From the NCBI GenBank assembly GCA_038844785.1, contig JAWBRA010000001.1:1-64000 (forward strand): 64,000 nt of DNA. Direction: 5' to 3'. The notes below the pieces were generated by a model. It was given only the letters and a program-made list of their open reading frames with translations, made no database searches and had not been told where the DNA came from. This document shows positions 43,982 to 54,466 of the stretch, one piece after another (positions within the stretch are counted from its first letter, which is position 1; each line of letters begins with the position of its first letter). The translations under genes were made by a program, and so were the position numbers. This DNA is from Candidatus Caldarchaeum sp. Lineage in GTDB: Archaea > Thermoproteota > Nitrososphaeria_A > Caldarchaeales > Caldarchaeaceae.

Positions 43982-44713
43982 GTGAAAACATCCACAACAG
44001 CCATGGTGGTTGTCTTCACAGCGTTGGTTACCGCTGCGACCATGGTACTGAGCGTTTACTTCCCCTTGACACGTGGATACTTTAACTTGGGGGAGACTAT
44101 GGTTTATCTTTCGGCGCTGTTGGGAGGACCTTTTGTAGGCGCCTTCGCCGGCGGTGTGGGCTCGGCTTTAGCGGACATACTTCTCGGATATACCGTCTTC
44201 GCCCCAGGCACTTTAGTCATCAAGGCCGCTGAAGGCGCTGCTGCAGCTCTTCTCTACCGAAGGCTAAGAAAGCTTACGGTGCCTAGGGCTGTTGCCCTGT
44301 CAGCAAGCGTCGTAGGACTCTATTTCATAATACTTGTGCTCGTCGGTGTTTACCTGATGAGCGGAGCCGTTGAAGTTTTTTTATACACTGGACAGAGCTT
44401 CCAGCTGCTTGTTTATCCAACTACATGGGTTTTCCTCGCGTTGCTAGGCTCGGCCGTCCCAGCCTACTATGTTTTCAAAAAGAAGGAGACAGAGGCTTGG
44501 CTTGTTCTATCCCTGCTTGCAGCAGGGTTGGTGATGGTTATGGGATACTTTCTCTATGAATCTCTGGCGGTTGTCCTCGGAGTTTTACCCGACATTATAC
44601 CTATTGCTGAGGTGCCGTTGAACATAGGGCAGGTCGTTGTTGGCTCGGCTGTCGCAATCCCGGTCTACAAGGCGGTAAGGGCTCGTTTAACCGTGCAGCC
44701 GCTCAGCCGTTGA
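43982..44713 (+). CDS. ECF transporter S component
   Basis: GYFNLGE, GGVGSALADILLGY, APGTLVIK, NIGQ. Confidence 0.85.
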   Translation: MKTSTTAMVVVFTALVTAATMVLSVYFPLTRGYFNLGETMVYLSALLGGPFVGAFAGGVGSALADILLGYTVFAPGTLVIKAAEGAAAALLYRRLRKLTVPRAVALSASVVGLYFIILVLVGVYLMSGAVEVFLYTGQSFQLLVYPTTWVFLALLGSAVPAYYVFKKKETEAWLVLSLLAAGLVMVMGYFLYESLAVVLGVLPDIIPIAEVPLNIGQVVVGSAVAIPVYKAVRARLTVQPLSR

Positions 44714-45482
44714 CAGGCCCGTATTTTTGCTCTATGACGCTGTAGCCCTTCTCCTCCAGTAGCTGTGCCAGCTCGTATCCCCCACTCTCTACCACACGTC
44801 CGCCATACATCACGTGAACTACATCTGGCTTAAGATAGTTGAGTATCCGCAGGTAATGCGTTATGATTAAAGCACCCATACCTGTTTCCTGAGAAATCTT
44901 TCTGACACCCTCGGCAACTATTTTCACACCATCGATGTCAAGTCCAGAGTCTGTCTCATCCAGAACAGCTATGCGTGGAGAGAGTATAGCCATCTGGAGT
45001 ATCTCGCATCTCTTCTTCTCCCCGCCTGAGAAACCCTCGTTCAGATAGCGTCGAGCTATGGAGGGGTCGAGCTTCAGCAACTCTATCTTCTCCGTCAAAA
45101 GCTTCTGGAACTCAGCCACGCCGATCTTCTCCTTCGACTTGTCGCCGTCGCCGCCGTACTTCAGGTTTATGTAGGCTCTTCGCAGGAAGTTTGCCAGCGT
45201 GACGCCGGAGATCTCGACGGGGTATTGGAAAGCTAGAAAAAGCCCTCGCCTAGCTCTTTGGTCGGGGGTTAAGTTGACAATGGATTCGCCGTCAAGCAGT
45301 ATGTCTCCGCTGTCGACGGTGTATTTCGGATGGCCCATTATCACGGAGGCAAGGGTGCTTTTGCCGGAGCCGTTGGGTCCCATGAGGCTGTGTATCTCCC
45401 CTTCCCTGACGGTCAGGTTGACGCCTTTGAGTATCTGCCTGCCCTCAACGCTTGCGTAGAGGTCGACTACTTTTAGCTCCAT
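44703..45482 (-). CDS. sufC: Fe-S cluster assembly ATPase SufC
   Basis: GPNGSGKST, FLAFQYP, NEGFSGGEKKR, LDETDSGLD. Confidence 0.95.
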   Translation of the reverse strand: MELKVVDLYASVEGRQILKGVNLTVREGEIHSLMGPNGSGKSTLASVIMGHPKYTVDSGDILLDGESIVNLTPDQRARRGLFLAFQYPVEISGVTLANFLRRAYINLKYGGDGDKSKEKIGVAEFQKLLTEKIELLKLDPSIARRYLNEGFSGGEKKRCEILQMAILSPRIAVLDETDSGLDIDGVKIVAEGVRKISQETGMGALIITHYLRILNYLKPDVVHVMYGGRVVESGGYELAQLLEEKGYSVIEQKYGPVNG

Positions 45483-45520
45483 TCCAAGCCTGTGGATATA
45501 ACGCCGTTATTTAAAGCCGA

Positions 45521-46282
45521 TCAAACAACCCCCGGAGGCGTACGCCTAAACTGTCTCATAACCCTTGAAACTTCCTCCGTAAACAGCATCTGAGCCTTTA
45601 TTTTCTCCGCAGCCTCCTCCAAGGCTGTCATGTCAAGGTTTTCAAGCCCTACCATCTTGGACAGCACTCTAAGTACGTTGCGTGAGGCGAGAGGCTGAGG
45701 TATCTCGGGGTTGTCGATCTCGCCCAGCAGGCAGACCCCCTCCAGCCCTGCATCATGGCCTATGCCGAGAACAAGGCCGTTAAAGCCGGTTATGTAACCC
45801 TCATCGGATAAAGGCTCCGCTCCAGCCTCCTCCGCAAGCTTTGAAAGCTCATGGGCCGTGGCGGCGTAAAAGACCCTGCCCTGAGACACAGACCCCCTGT
45901 GAGCGGCTCCTACAGAGATTATTCTCTCTACACCAAGCCTCTTCGCAAAAGAGACAACAGCTTCAGCTAGATCGTATAGAGAAGCAACCTCCTGCGGCTG
46001 GTATTCACCTGTCATGACGATGAAAACTCTTTGCTCAACAGTCCTGTAAAACCTGAAGCTTGAACGACGGAACACAACCTCACCTCTCCGGTGCATGACG
46101 TAGGGCGGCCAAAAACCATGAATCACTCCGAAAACCTTCATTCCAAGAGTTTTCACCAAATGCTCCATGGCTATACCGGCTACGTTGCCCATGTCGGGTA
46201 GACCAGTCACTAAGTAGATGGGTTTTACAGGAGGCTCGTCAACTATGACCGGGTTTAGCACGCTAGACTTTATGTCTCGCAT
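45521..46282 (-). CDS. PAC2-family proteasome assembly chaperone
   Basis: GLPDMGNVAGIA, GEYQP, GYITGFNGLVLG, CLLGE. Confidence 0.85.
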   Translation of the reverse strand: MRDIKSSVLNPVIVDEPPVKPIYLVTGLPDMGNVAGIAMEHLVKTLGMKVFGVIHGFWPPYVMHRRGEVVFRRSSFRFYRTVEQRVFIVMTGEYQPQEVASLYDLAEAVVSFAKRLGVERIISVGAAHRGSVSQGRVFYAATAHELSKLAEEAGAEPLSDEGYITGFNGLVLGIGHDAGLEGVCLLGEIDNPEIPQPLASRNVLRVLSKMVGLENLDMTALEEAAEKIKAQMLFTEEVSRVMRQFRRTPPGVV

Positions 46283-46344
46283 CTTTTAAGATTGTAGGAG
46301 GATGGGAATAAACGTTTTCAACACCCGTTTTATCATCTAAAGCG

Positions 46345-47736
46345 TTGAAGGTCACGGTTTACGGCGGCGCTGGGAAGATAGGTGGCAACAAAATCCTGCT
46401 TGAGGAAGAGGTGGGAAAAGTTTTCCTCGACTTTGGCTTAGACTTCAACGCAAAAAACATGTTCTTCAGCACTTTTCTCCAGCCAAGAAGGTTTGCGTTG
46501 ATATCCGACTACGTTTTAACAGGAGTTGTTCCACCGCTCAAAGGATTGTATAGGCGGGACTTAGCGCCCGAGAACCTAAACTCTGAAAAACCCTTCGTGG
46601 ACGCTGTTTTGGTCTCCCACGGACATTTAGACCATTACGGCCACGTCAGCCTAACCAGGCCGGACATACCCATCTACATGGGTGAGGGTACAAGGGTTCT
46701 CGTCAAAGCACGGGAGGAATCAAAGCCCAGGTCTGCTGAGAGCCTGTTCGTTGAAGATTTTGAACGCATCGTCCACGTTTTCAAGACTGGAGACTACATC
46801 CGGGTCGGAGGAATGGGCATACGTCCCGTTCATGTAGACCATTCGATCCCAGCGGCCTACGGTTTCATAGTCGAGGGCGACGGAGGAGTGCTTGCATACA
46901 CCGGAGATATTCGAGTTCATGGACCTCGCAAAGACATGACCATTGATTTTGTCAACGAATGCAGTAAGGCTGGCGTTGACACCCTAGTTATTGAAGGAAC
47001 TAGACTGCTTGAGGAAGTAAACAACTCTGAAGAGGATGTAAGGGTGATGATGGAGAAAACTGTTTCGGAGGCCGAAAAGCATTTGGTGGCGGTTGTTGTT
47101 GGGATGATGGATTTTGACAGGCTTAAGACGATTCTGCAGGTTTCAGAGTTGACGGACCGTCTCCCAGCCATATCGCTGCACCATGCCCATGTCCTAAACT
47201 CTCTGGCGGGAAAAGGCTTGAGGATGGATGTTCCACAGATGGCTGAGGACAGTCTTGTCGCGTACTTGGAGCGGCGGAGGTCTGGCACGTATGCAAAATC
47301 CGATTACCCGAAATGGATGGCTAACCTAATGGAGTCGGTTCCCACCCTCAAGGAAGACGAGATCAGACAAAACCCTGAAAAATTCATCCTGGTTTTGAGC
47401 AGGGCTGAAGAAGTTATAGAGCTGGCAAGCATGAAACCCCCAATTGGCTCGCCCTTCATCTTGTCTACCAGCGAGCCACATTCTGAGGAGCAGGTTCTTG
47501 AAATGGACAAGATAAACCACTGGATAGAATTGCTTGGACTAAAAATGTATCACATTCACGCTTCTGGGCACGCCTCAGGGCCGGACCTGTTAAACATCAT
47601 CCGGGAGATAGCCCCCGAAAAAGTAGTCCCAGTCCATACAACGGCTCCGGAGCTTTTCGCCAGCCTTCTCCAAAGGGAGAAAATAGAGGCCGAGGTTGTG
47701 GTGCCGCATAGCGGAAAATGTTTTGAAGTCTTCTAG
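46345..47736 (+). CDS. Metallo-beta-lactamase/beta-CASP nuclease (RNase J-like)
   Basis: IGGN, SHGHLDH, VDHSIP, YTGD, HASGH, PVH. Confidence 0.85.
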   Translation: MKVTVYGGAGKIGGNKILLEEEVGKVFLDFGLDFNAKNMFFSTFLQPRRFALISDYVLTGVVPPLKGLYRRDLAPENLNSEKPFVDAVLVSHGHLDHYGHVSLTRPDIPIYMGEGTRVLVKAREESKPRSAESLFVEDFERIVHVFKTGDYIRVGGMGIRPVHVDHSIPAAYGFIVEGDGGVLAYTGDIRVHGPRKDMTIDFVNECSKAGVDTLVIEGTRLLEEVNNSEEDVRVMMEKTVSEAEKHLVAVVVGMMDFDRLKTILQVSELTDRLPAISLHHAHVLNSLAGKGLRMDVPQMAEDSLVAYLERRRSGTYAKSDYPKWMANLMESVPTLKEDEIRQNPEKFILVLSRAEEVIELASMKPPIGSPFILSTSEPHSEEQVLEMDKINHWIELLGLKMYHIHASGHASGPDLLNIIREIAPEKVVPVHTTAPELFASLLQREKIEAEVVVPHSGKCFEVF

Positions 47737-47737
47737 G

Positions 47738-48433
47738 CTAACGTGCTCTTGACCTTACGTATGGTTCAAGAAGGCTCCAGAGCCACTCAGCAAACTCGGC
47801 TGGGTTTTTAGTCTGTACGTAAACCTCGCCAGGCCCTCTCACGGCGACGACAAGGCCTTCGCCGCCGAGTAGTGTTGACTTGAGGCCTCCAAACCTTCTA
47901 ACCTCGTAGCTGCAGCTATCCGAAAAAGCTGCCAAGTGGAAGTTATCCACTATTATTTCTTCGCCGGGTTGTAGGGAAATTTTTTCCAACGCCCCGAAAG
48001 TGTTTATGAAAAGATCGCCCTCACCCGTGACTTTAATCATGAATAGGCCCTGCCCAAACAACCCTTTTGTAAAACCCTGCCACTTGATGTCAAGGTCTAC
48101 GGATGGGCTTGATGCAACGTAGGAAGATTTCTGTATGATATAGCCCGAGTTTCTAGATACTTTCAGGTTAGCGATGTCGCCCAAGGGTGCTGAGACCAGC
48201 GCAACCTTCCCAACACCGTCAACCGCCCTGTATTCGTTGACGAAAAAGGATTGGCCGCCCAATATCTTCAGCCCAAGAGTTGAGAGAAAGCTTGCCTCCC
48301 TCATCCGAGTCGTGACCTGAATATTTGGGGTCATGTATGTCATGGCGCCTGCCTCAGCCTCAATGGCTTCGCCGGGCATTAGCTCAACCTCCAGCAAAGC
48401 GTATGCGGGCCTATTTCTTATCTCGAAACGCAT
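47738..48433 (-). CDS. TIGR00266/AIM24-family protein
   Basis: EAEAGAM, GGQSFFVN, GGEGLV...GPGEVYVQT. Confidence 0.88.
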   Translation of the reverse strand: MRFEIRNRPAYALLEVELMPGEAIEAEAGAMTYMTPNIQVTTRMREASFLSTLGLKILGGQSFFVNEYRAVDGVGKVALVSAPLGDIANLKVSRNSGYIIQKSSYVASSPSVDLDIKWQGFTKGLFGQGLFMIKVTGEGDLFINTFGALEKISLQPGEEIIVDNFHLAAFSDSCSYEVRRFGGLKSTLLGGEGLVVAVRGPGEVYVQTKNPAEFAEWLWSLLEPYVRSRAR

Positions 48434-48484
48434 AGCTATGAGCGTTTATGGTATCTATAAATAGTTTGACGCGGCGAAAAAATC

Positions 48485-48988
48485 ATGCTTTCAGCTTTAC
48501 TCCATGCCGCGCATGTTTTCGCTGTGGTGTTGTGGATAGGCGGCGTTGGCTACAGTTTACTAGTTTTGCTTCCAAGCCTTCCCACACTCTCCCTTCGCGA
48601 TAGGGCAAGGCTCGTTCCGAAAGTTCTCAAGCGGTTTTTGACCGTTGTCTGGATTAGCATAGGTGTCATCAGCTTTTCAGGCCTGTACAGAATGATTGCC
48701 GTCATGAAGATTACCACATTATCTCAGCTTTCGTCTAGCTTCTACGGTCAGGTTCTCTCGGCAAAGCTGGTGTTTGTCGCCATGCTTTTGGCGGTAGCTT
48801 TGTCGGTCACTTTGAAAGTTTATCCAAAGGTTACGGATCATGTTAAGCAGCATCTCAACGACCCACCCGACGCATACCGGTGTCCTATGTGCGGTGAAAT
48901 CTCAGGGCTTGTTAGGGTTCGTCTGGCAGCTGGTTTAGCCATAGGTGCTGTGGTGATTTTGCTAGCCGCTGTCTTAAGAGGCGCATAG
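48485..48988 (+). CDS. CopD/DUF4149-like four-TM protein
   Basis: HVFAVVLWIGG, SGLY, YGQVLSAKL. Confidence 0.7.
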   Translation: MLSALLHAAHVFAVVLWIGGVGYSLLVLLPSLPTLSLRDRARLVPKVLKRFLTVVWISIGVISFSGLYRMIAVMKITTLSQLSSSFYGQVLSAKLVFVAMLLAVALSVTLKVYPKVTDHVKQHLNDPPDAYRCPMCGEISGLVRVRLAAGLAIGAVVILLAAVLRGA

Positions 48989-50863
48989 CTACATCTCATC
49001 TAGTAGAGGCAGTCCAGCCACCCATGAGGCTGATGACAAAGCCGCCCTAAAGCCTTCGACAACGGCCAACCTAAACGCTTTCACATGCTCTTCCGCTGTC
49101 AGAACAGGGCAGCGTTCGTAAAACTCGTTGAATGCGACAGCAAGCTCCCTCAAGTATGTCACAACCCTTTTGACCGAAAGCAGTTTAACTGCCTCTTCAA
49201 AAACTAAAGGAAGAACTCCAATTGTTTTTAGAAGCTGTTTTTCCCCGTTCATAAGCTGGGAGCTGTAGGGCTTGGGAACAGGCTTGACATCGGCCTTTTC
49301 CATGATACGGGTTGCCCTTGCGTAAGCATACTGTATGTAAGGACCTGTGTCGCCTTCGATGTCGGAGGCCTCCTCGCTGTCAAAGACTATCATCTTCTCA
49401 GGGTCGGACTTTAACATGAAGTATCTGAAGGCTGCAATGGCGATTTTTTCACCGACCTCATCAAGCTTGTCACGGTTCCACTCGGGATGCCGTTTTGAAG
49501 CACCTGCAACCGCTTTCTCTTTTATGTAGTCGAGCAGCGGGTCTACGTTAATGTATATGCCTGCCCGCCCGCTCATGTGGACGAATGACTGCCCTTCTAA
49601 AGCTATGTTTAGCTTTTCAGCGTCAGAGCGGCTCAACGACACAACTTCATAGGCATAGTGTATGTAGCGTGCGGGGTCTGAGCCCAGCTTTCTCAGAGCA
49701 TGTCTTACTATTTCCTGCGGCCTCTTTTGACGGACGTCAACTACGTTGACTGTCAGCGTGGCATTGCCAAATTTTGGGTTTTCGACGCCGTCGAAGTCGG
49801 TTATATACAATGGTGTGCCGTCAGGGTTGTCACACCATCTACGGTAGGTGAAGTCGCGTGAAAGCAAGCCCAGCTTCCACGCTGCATAGGCTATGTCTCT
49901 TGCGACGTAGGTGGTCACCCCGTCGCTTTTCACCAACACTTCATCTCCTTCCTTGCTGAGCGTTGGATGGTCATCCAGCTTTATCATCCAGCAGCCTTTC
50001 TTAGCCCCTTCATCCGAAAGATAAACTGAATCACTTTTGCGGAGCTTTTCGAAAACCTCTTTCCAAAGGTCGAAAAGTATTATATCGCTCTCTCTGTTGA
50101 GTATGTCATAGCGTGCTCCAAGCCTCCAGCATGTTCGAAGCTGTTCCTTCAACACCTTCTCAACTATAACCCTGTTTAGAGCGTAAACTTCTGGGGAACG
50201 ATCCTCCAGAGCAGCTGATATTTTCCTTCTCTCAGCATTGAGCAAGGGGTCTGATTCGATTTTTCTGCTAACCTCCGAGTATATTCTACCGCAGTAGTCG
50301 TCAAACCTGACCCCCGGCGGCGGAGTCATGCTGTAGCCGAGCTTTTGAAATGCGAGAAGAACCTCAGCCATCTGGGCTCCGCTGTCGTCGATGTAGTTTG
50401 CTACCGCGACCCTGTAGCCTGTTTTGACAAGTAACCTTGCAATACTGTCTCCTAAACACGTGTTTCTCGCATGCCCTATGTGCAGCGCTTTATTGGGGTT
50501 AACGCTTGTATGCTCAACCAGAACATACCGACCCTTTCCGATGTCCACTTCTCCAAAACGGCCGCCCATCGAAATCGCTTCGCCTAGAATGTCTTTAGCC
50601 AGTTCATCCCATTTTGCGTAGAAGTTCAGATAACCCGGGGGCACCGCCTCAACAGCGGCCACAAGCCTAGAATTTGAAAGGTCTATTCTGCTGGCAACGT
50701 CCTTGGCAGTCTGATAAGGGTTCTGACCCATTTTTTTGCCAAGCTCGAAGGCCGCGGATGTTGAGACATCGCCGTAAGCAGGCTGCTTGGGTATTTCCAG
50801 CCTCGCCTCCTCTATACCAGCGTTCTTCAAAAGCTCCCTGACTTCGTTGACTAAGTTTTTCAA
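48989..50863 (-). CDS. argS: Arginyl-tRNA synthetase
   Basis: EHTSVNPNKALHIGHARN, MSGRAG, GDTGPYIQYAYAR, C-terminal DEM. Confidence 0.95.
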   Translation of the reverse strand: MKNLVNEVRELLKNAGIEEARLEIPKQPAYGDVSTSAAFELGKKMGQNPYQTAKDVASRIDLSNSRLVAAVEAVPPGYLNFYAKWDELAKDILGEAISMGGRFGEVDIGKGRYVLVEHTSVNPNKALHIGHARNTCLGDSIARLLVKTGYRVAVANYIDDSGAQMAEVLLAFQKLGYSMTPPPGVRFDDYCGRIYSEVSRKIESDPLLNAERRKISAALEDRSPEVYALNRVIVEKVLKEQLRTCWRLGARYDILNRESDIILFDLWKEVFEKLRKSDSVYLSDEGAKKGCWMIKLDDHPTLSKEGDEVLVKSDGVTTYVARDIAYAAWKLGLLSRDFTYRRWCDNPDGTPLYITDFDGVENPKFGNATLTVNVVDVRQKRPQEIVRHALRKLGSDPARYIHYAYEVVSLSRSDAEKLNIALEGQSFVHMSGRAGIYINVDPLLDYIKEKAVAGASKRHPEWNRDKLDEVGEKIAIAAFRYFMLKSDPEKMIVFDSEEASDIEGDTGPYIQYAYARATRIMEKADVKPVPKPYSSQLMNGEKQLLKTIGVLPLVFEEAVKLLSVKRVVTYLRELAVAFNEFYERCPVLTAEEHVKAFRLAVVEGFRAALSSASWVAGLPLLDEM

Positions 50864-50896
50864 CCCATGATAAGATTATATGGCGAGAATTAAATT

Positions 50897-51454
50897 GTGA
50901 GCATGCGTAGCCCGTGTATGCGTGAAGGGTGGCTTACTCTGCTAACCCTGGTAATAACGGCTGCGGCCTACATGGCGTTAGGCTATTTACTTCTTGCGCC
51001 AAGACAGCCTGCCTCGAACCCAGTTTTGGTGGCTACGCTGCCCCACGCGATAGCCGCCGTCAACACGCTGACGATATTCGTGCTGCTAGGCGGTTATGCT
51101 GCTGTAAAGAGGAAAAAGGTGAAAAGCCACAAGTATTTGATGCTCACAGCCTTTGGGCTGATAACCGCTTTCCTGATAATGTACCTAGCCCGGCTTTATC
51201 TAGGGGGTGTTAAACAATTCACGGGGCCTGCTTTTCTAAGAGACTTTGTATACCTACCTGCGTTAACAGTCCATCTCGGGTTATCCATTTTGTCGATCCC
51301 GCTTGTCCTCTACAACATTCTGACAGGTGGTTTTCTACCCGTGGCGGAAGTAGGTTCAACGAAACATAGAAAAGTCGGTCGATGGGCTGTGAGGCTTTGG
51401 ACTTTGAGCCTAGCCCTAGGCGTCCTTGTCTACTTTCTTCTCAACTATGTTTAA
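50897..51454 (+). CDS. DUF420-family membrane protein
   Basis: LPHAIAAVN, HKYLM, FLIMY, HRKVGRW. Confidence 0.8.
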   Translation: MSMRSPCMREGWLTLLTLVITAAAYMALGYLLLAPRQPASNPVLVATLPHAIAAVNTLTIFVLLGGYAAVKRKKVKSHKYLMLTAFGLITAFLIMYLARLYLGGVKQFTGPAFLRDFVYLPALTVHLGLSILSIPLVLYNILTGGFLPVAEVGSTKHRKVGRWAVRLWTLSLALGVLVYFLLNYV

Positions 51455-51490
51455 AAATTTATCCCTTCGCCGGAAGTTATTAATGCGGGC

Positions 51491-52648
51491 ATGCCCACCA
51501 ACCTGCCGGCCGAAGCGCAGGCGAAGCTGGCCAAATACCAGGAGGCTAGGACGATAAAGGAGAAGATAAAAGCCCTCGAGGAAGCCCTGCCCCTCATACC
51601 AGACCATAAGGGCACTGAGAAAATGAGGGCCCAGCTGAAAACGACGCTGGCGAGGCTGCGAAGAGAGTTGGAGAGAAAAAAAGCTGTCAAAACATCCCGT
51701 CAAGATGCTTTTGCTGTAAAGAAAGAAGGAGCCGCAACAATAGTTTTGCTTGGTGTCGCTAACTCAGGCAAGTCGACCATGTTACGTAGTTTGACTAACG
51801 CGAGGCCTGAGGTAAGCAGCTACGAGCTTACAACAACCAAGCCCATCCCTGCCATGATGTATGTGGAGGAGGTTGGTATTCAATTGGTTGAGCTGCCTGC
51901 AGTGCTTACGTCAAGTCTCGAGGAAACCCCGTTTGCCTCCCGCAGCATAGCTTTGGCGAGAAACGCCGACCTACTCGCCCTGGCTCTGGACTGTTTCGGA
52001 GACCCTGTCGAGCAGTTTGACAAACTCGTCGCAATGCTCGACGACGCAGGAATTGTGTTGGGCAGCAAAAACTTCGACGTTGTCGTGGAGAAAAAAGACA
52101 GCGGCGGTATAAGGCTCGTCGTTTTCGGACGGTTTAGAGGAACATCCGAAGAGCTTCGGCAGGCTCTACAGCAGATAGGTGTGAAAAACGCCGTGGTAAA
52201 GATATACGGCGAGGCAGGTGTGGAGGAAGTGGTTGACCATGTTCTGCGTCAATCCGTTTTCAAGAAAGCCATCGTTGTAGCCGGGAGATGCGACCTCTGC
52301 CCCAAACCCGAGCTGGAAAAGCTGCGGGATAAAGCCAGAAAACTTGGCATAGGGTTTGTAAGCGTCACCTACAAAAACCCCTCAACATACATGGATTTCA
52401 AAAGGACGGCCTATAGCCTTCTAGACCTGGTCAGAGTTTATACGCAGAAGGACGGTGTCGTTGACAGAAAGCCTATCGTGGTCAGCCGGGGCACTAAAAT
52501 CGCTGAGCTTGCGTTCATAATCCATAAAGAAATAGCTAAAAACCTAAAGTACGCCAGGGTCTGGGGGCCTTCGGTCAAGATACAGGGTCAGCAGGTTGGG
52601 CCAGAGCATGTCCTACAGGACGGCGACGTCGTAGAGCTTTTCGTATAA
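51491..52648 (+). CDS. DRG/OBG-like GTP-binding protein with TGS domain
   Basis: MPTNLP, HKGTEK, GVANSGKST, YARVWG...QQVG..HVLQDGDVVE. Confidence 0.88.
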   Translation: MPTNLPAEAQAKLAKYQEARTIKEKIKALEEALPLIPDHKGTEKMRAQLKTTLARLRRELERKKAVKTSRQDAFAVKKEGAATIVLLGVANSGKSTMLRSLTNARPEVSSYELTTTKPIPAMMYVEEVGIQLVELPAVLTSSLEETPFASRSIALARNADLLALALDCFGDPVEQFDKLVAMLDDAGIVLGSKNFDVVVEKKDSGGIRLVVFGRFRGTSEELRQALQQIGVKNAVVKIYGEAGVEEVVDHVLRQSVFKKAIVVAGRCDLCPKPELEKLRDKARKLGIGFVSVTYKNPSTYMDFKRTAYSLLDLVRVYTQKDGVVDRKPIVVSRGTKIAELAFIIHKEIAKNLKYARVWGPSVKIQGQQVGPEHVLQDGDVVELFV

Positions 52649-52687
52649 CGTTAAAACATGGGATGAAAGTCTTGTGGAGGGTCGGGT

Positions 52688-52984
52688 TTGAGGGTTGTGG
52701 CTGTAGGCGGCCCAATGTTCGTCAACGGTTTCAAGCTTGCAGGGGCTGAGGGAATGGTCGTTAAGTCGGCTGAGGAAGCATTTCAACTTATAAAAGACCT
52801 GATGCAGAGACAGGATGTTGGGCTGATAATAGTGTCTGAGGATTTCTCCGAGAAGTTTAGAGCAGAGTTAAACGAACTCCGTTCCAGAAAGCCGACACCC
52901 CTGGTTTACGAGTTACCGCCTCCCGTAGGGCAGCCGAAAAAGATAGACTACCGCGCCATTTTGCGGAGCGTTCTAGGGGTCTAG
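52688..52984 (+). CDS. atpF: A/V-type ATP synthase subunit F
   Basis: VAVGG..VNGFKLAG, DVGLIIV, ILRSVLGV. Confidence 0.88.
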   Translation: MRVVAVGGPMFVNGFKLAGAEGMVVKSAEEAFQLIKDLMQRQDVGLIIVSEDFSEKFRAELNELRSRKPTPLVYELPPPVGQPKKIDYRAILRSVLGV

Positions 52985-53025
52985 CACATTTTTTAGGCGG
53001 TCTTTCAAACATGTGGTGAGCCTGG

Positions 53026-53628
53026 TTGTCGACGGCAACGGTGGATAAAGTGGTTAGCGAGGTTGTGCAAGAGGCCTTGGACAACATGAGAAAAAGCTTA
53101 GACGAATCTGAGGCTGAAGCTTACAGGATAATAGAACGCGTTGAGGAAGAGCTGAGGCGAGAGTTGGCTGCAATACGTGAAGCCGGCAAGGCTGAACGGG
53201 AAGCCGCTAGACAACGCATTCTAAGCACGGCTGAGATACAGGCGAAAAACATGGCTATAGCGGCTGTCGAGGAGGAGATTTCAAAAATCTTCGAGGCTGT
53301 TGAGAGAAAGCTGAGCCAGATAGCTTCAGAGGATTCTTTCGAGATGGATTTGAAAAGGCTTCTCGACGAGGCGGTTCAGCTGATAGGCAGAGATGTCGTA
53401 GTGGAGTCAAACGAGAAGGGAATACAGCTTCTCAAAAGAATCGTGGAGAAAAACAGCTACAGTGTAAGGGTGAGCATATCGGAAAAGCCAATAAACACTG
53501 TAGGGGGGTTGAGAGCGCGGTCCGCAGACGGCAGCGTGAGGTTTGACAACACTTTCGAAGCACGTCTCGAAAGACTTAAACCAACGCTCCGGAATGAGAT
53601 TGCTAAAATGTTACTTAGAAAGGACTAG
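53026..53628 (+). CDS. atpE: A/V-type ATP synthase subunit E
   Basis: N-terminal coiled coil; GGL...DGSVRFDNTFEARL. Confidence 0.88.
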   Translation: MSTATVDKVVSEVVQEALDNMRKSLDESEAEAYRIIERVEEELRRELAAIREAGKAEREAARQRILSTAEIQAKNMAIAAVEEEISKIFEAVERKLSQIASEDSFEMDLKRLLDEAVQLIGRDVVVESNEKGIQLLKRIVEKNSYSVRVSISEKPINTVGGLRARSADGSVRFDNTFEARLERLKPTLRNEIAKMLLRKD

Positions 53629-53631
53629 CTT

Positions 53632-54438
53632 TTGAAGCAAATACTTCTAACAAACGATGACGGTGCTAGGAGGCCAGGTCTATGGAGGCTGTACGAGGTG
53701 CTGAAGGAGTTAGGAAACATATGCGTGGTTGCTCCCGAGTCGGCCCGAAGCTCTACGGGAATGAGCATTACCTTACACAAGCCTCTCAGGCTCAGGAGAA
53801 CTATAATCCACGGGGCGAAGGCCTTCACATGCTCTGGAACACCGTCGGACTGTGTCATCATAGCCCTGAAAAAAGTTCTTGGAGGAAAAGCCCCTGACCT
53901 GGTGGTTTCAGGTATAAACGAGGGTAACAACGTGTCGCTTCAAGCAATATATGGAAGCGGCACGGTAGCGGCCGCCGTCAGGGCTGCGTTGATGGGCATC
54001 CCTGCAGCGGCTTTCTCACTCGCCTTTACGGAGGAAACAAACGTCAGCCCAGCTTGGGTCAAAAGAAAAATGCGTCAGGCAGCTGAGCGGGCAAGACCAA
54101 TAGTTGAATGGTTGCTGGCTAACGGACTTCCTGCTGGAGTAGATTATCTGAACGTAAACTTCCCACCCAACATAGATGCCCACACCCCTGTGAAGATAAC
54201 TCGCACAGCTGTTGCAAGGTATTTGGAGATGGTTGAAGAAAGACGCGACCCACGCGGCCAGCCATACTACTGGCTGCACGGAAAACTTCTCGAAGAAAGC
54301 TTGATGGAGCCAGATACAGATGTACACGCCGTCTTCGTTGAAGGCGTCATATCGATAACTCCTATGAGGGTTGACGCCTCCGTGGTTGACGGGAGGGTGT
54401 TGGACGGGCTCCTGAGATACTTGGGCGGCGACGTATGA
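53632..54438 (+). CDS. surE: 5'/3'-nucleotidase SurE
   Basis: ILLTNDDG, GTPSDCV, SGINEG, SGTVAAA. Confidence 0.93.
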   Translation: MKQILLTNDDGARRPGLWRLYEVLKELGNICVVAPESARSSTGMSITLHKPLRLRRTIIHGAKAFTCSGTPSDCVIIALKKVLGGKAPDLVVSGINEGNNVSLQAIYGSGTVAAAVRAALMGIPAAAFSLAFTEETNVSPAWVKRKMRQAAERARPIVEWLLANGLPAGVDYLNVNFPPNIDAHTPVKITRTAVARYLEMVEERRDPRGQPYYWLHGKLLEESLMEPDTDVHAVFVEGVISITPMRVDASVVDGRVLDGLLRYLGGDV

Positions 54439-54466
54439 GGATTTAAACAGGCTTTAACCGGTTTAA

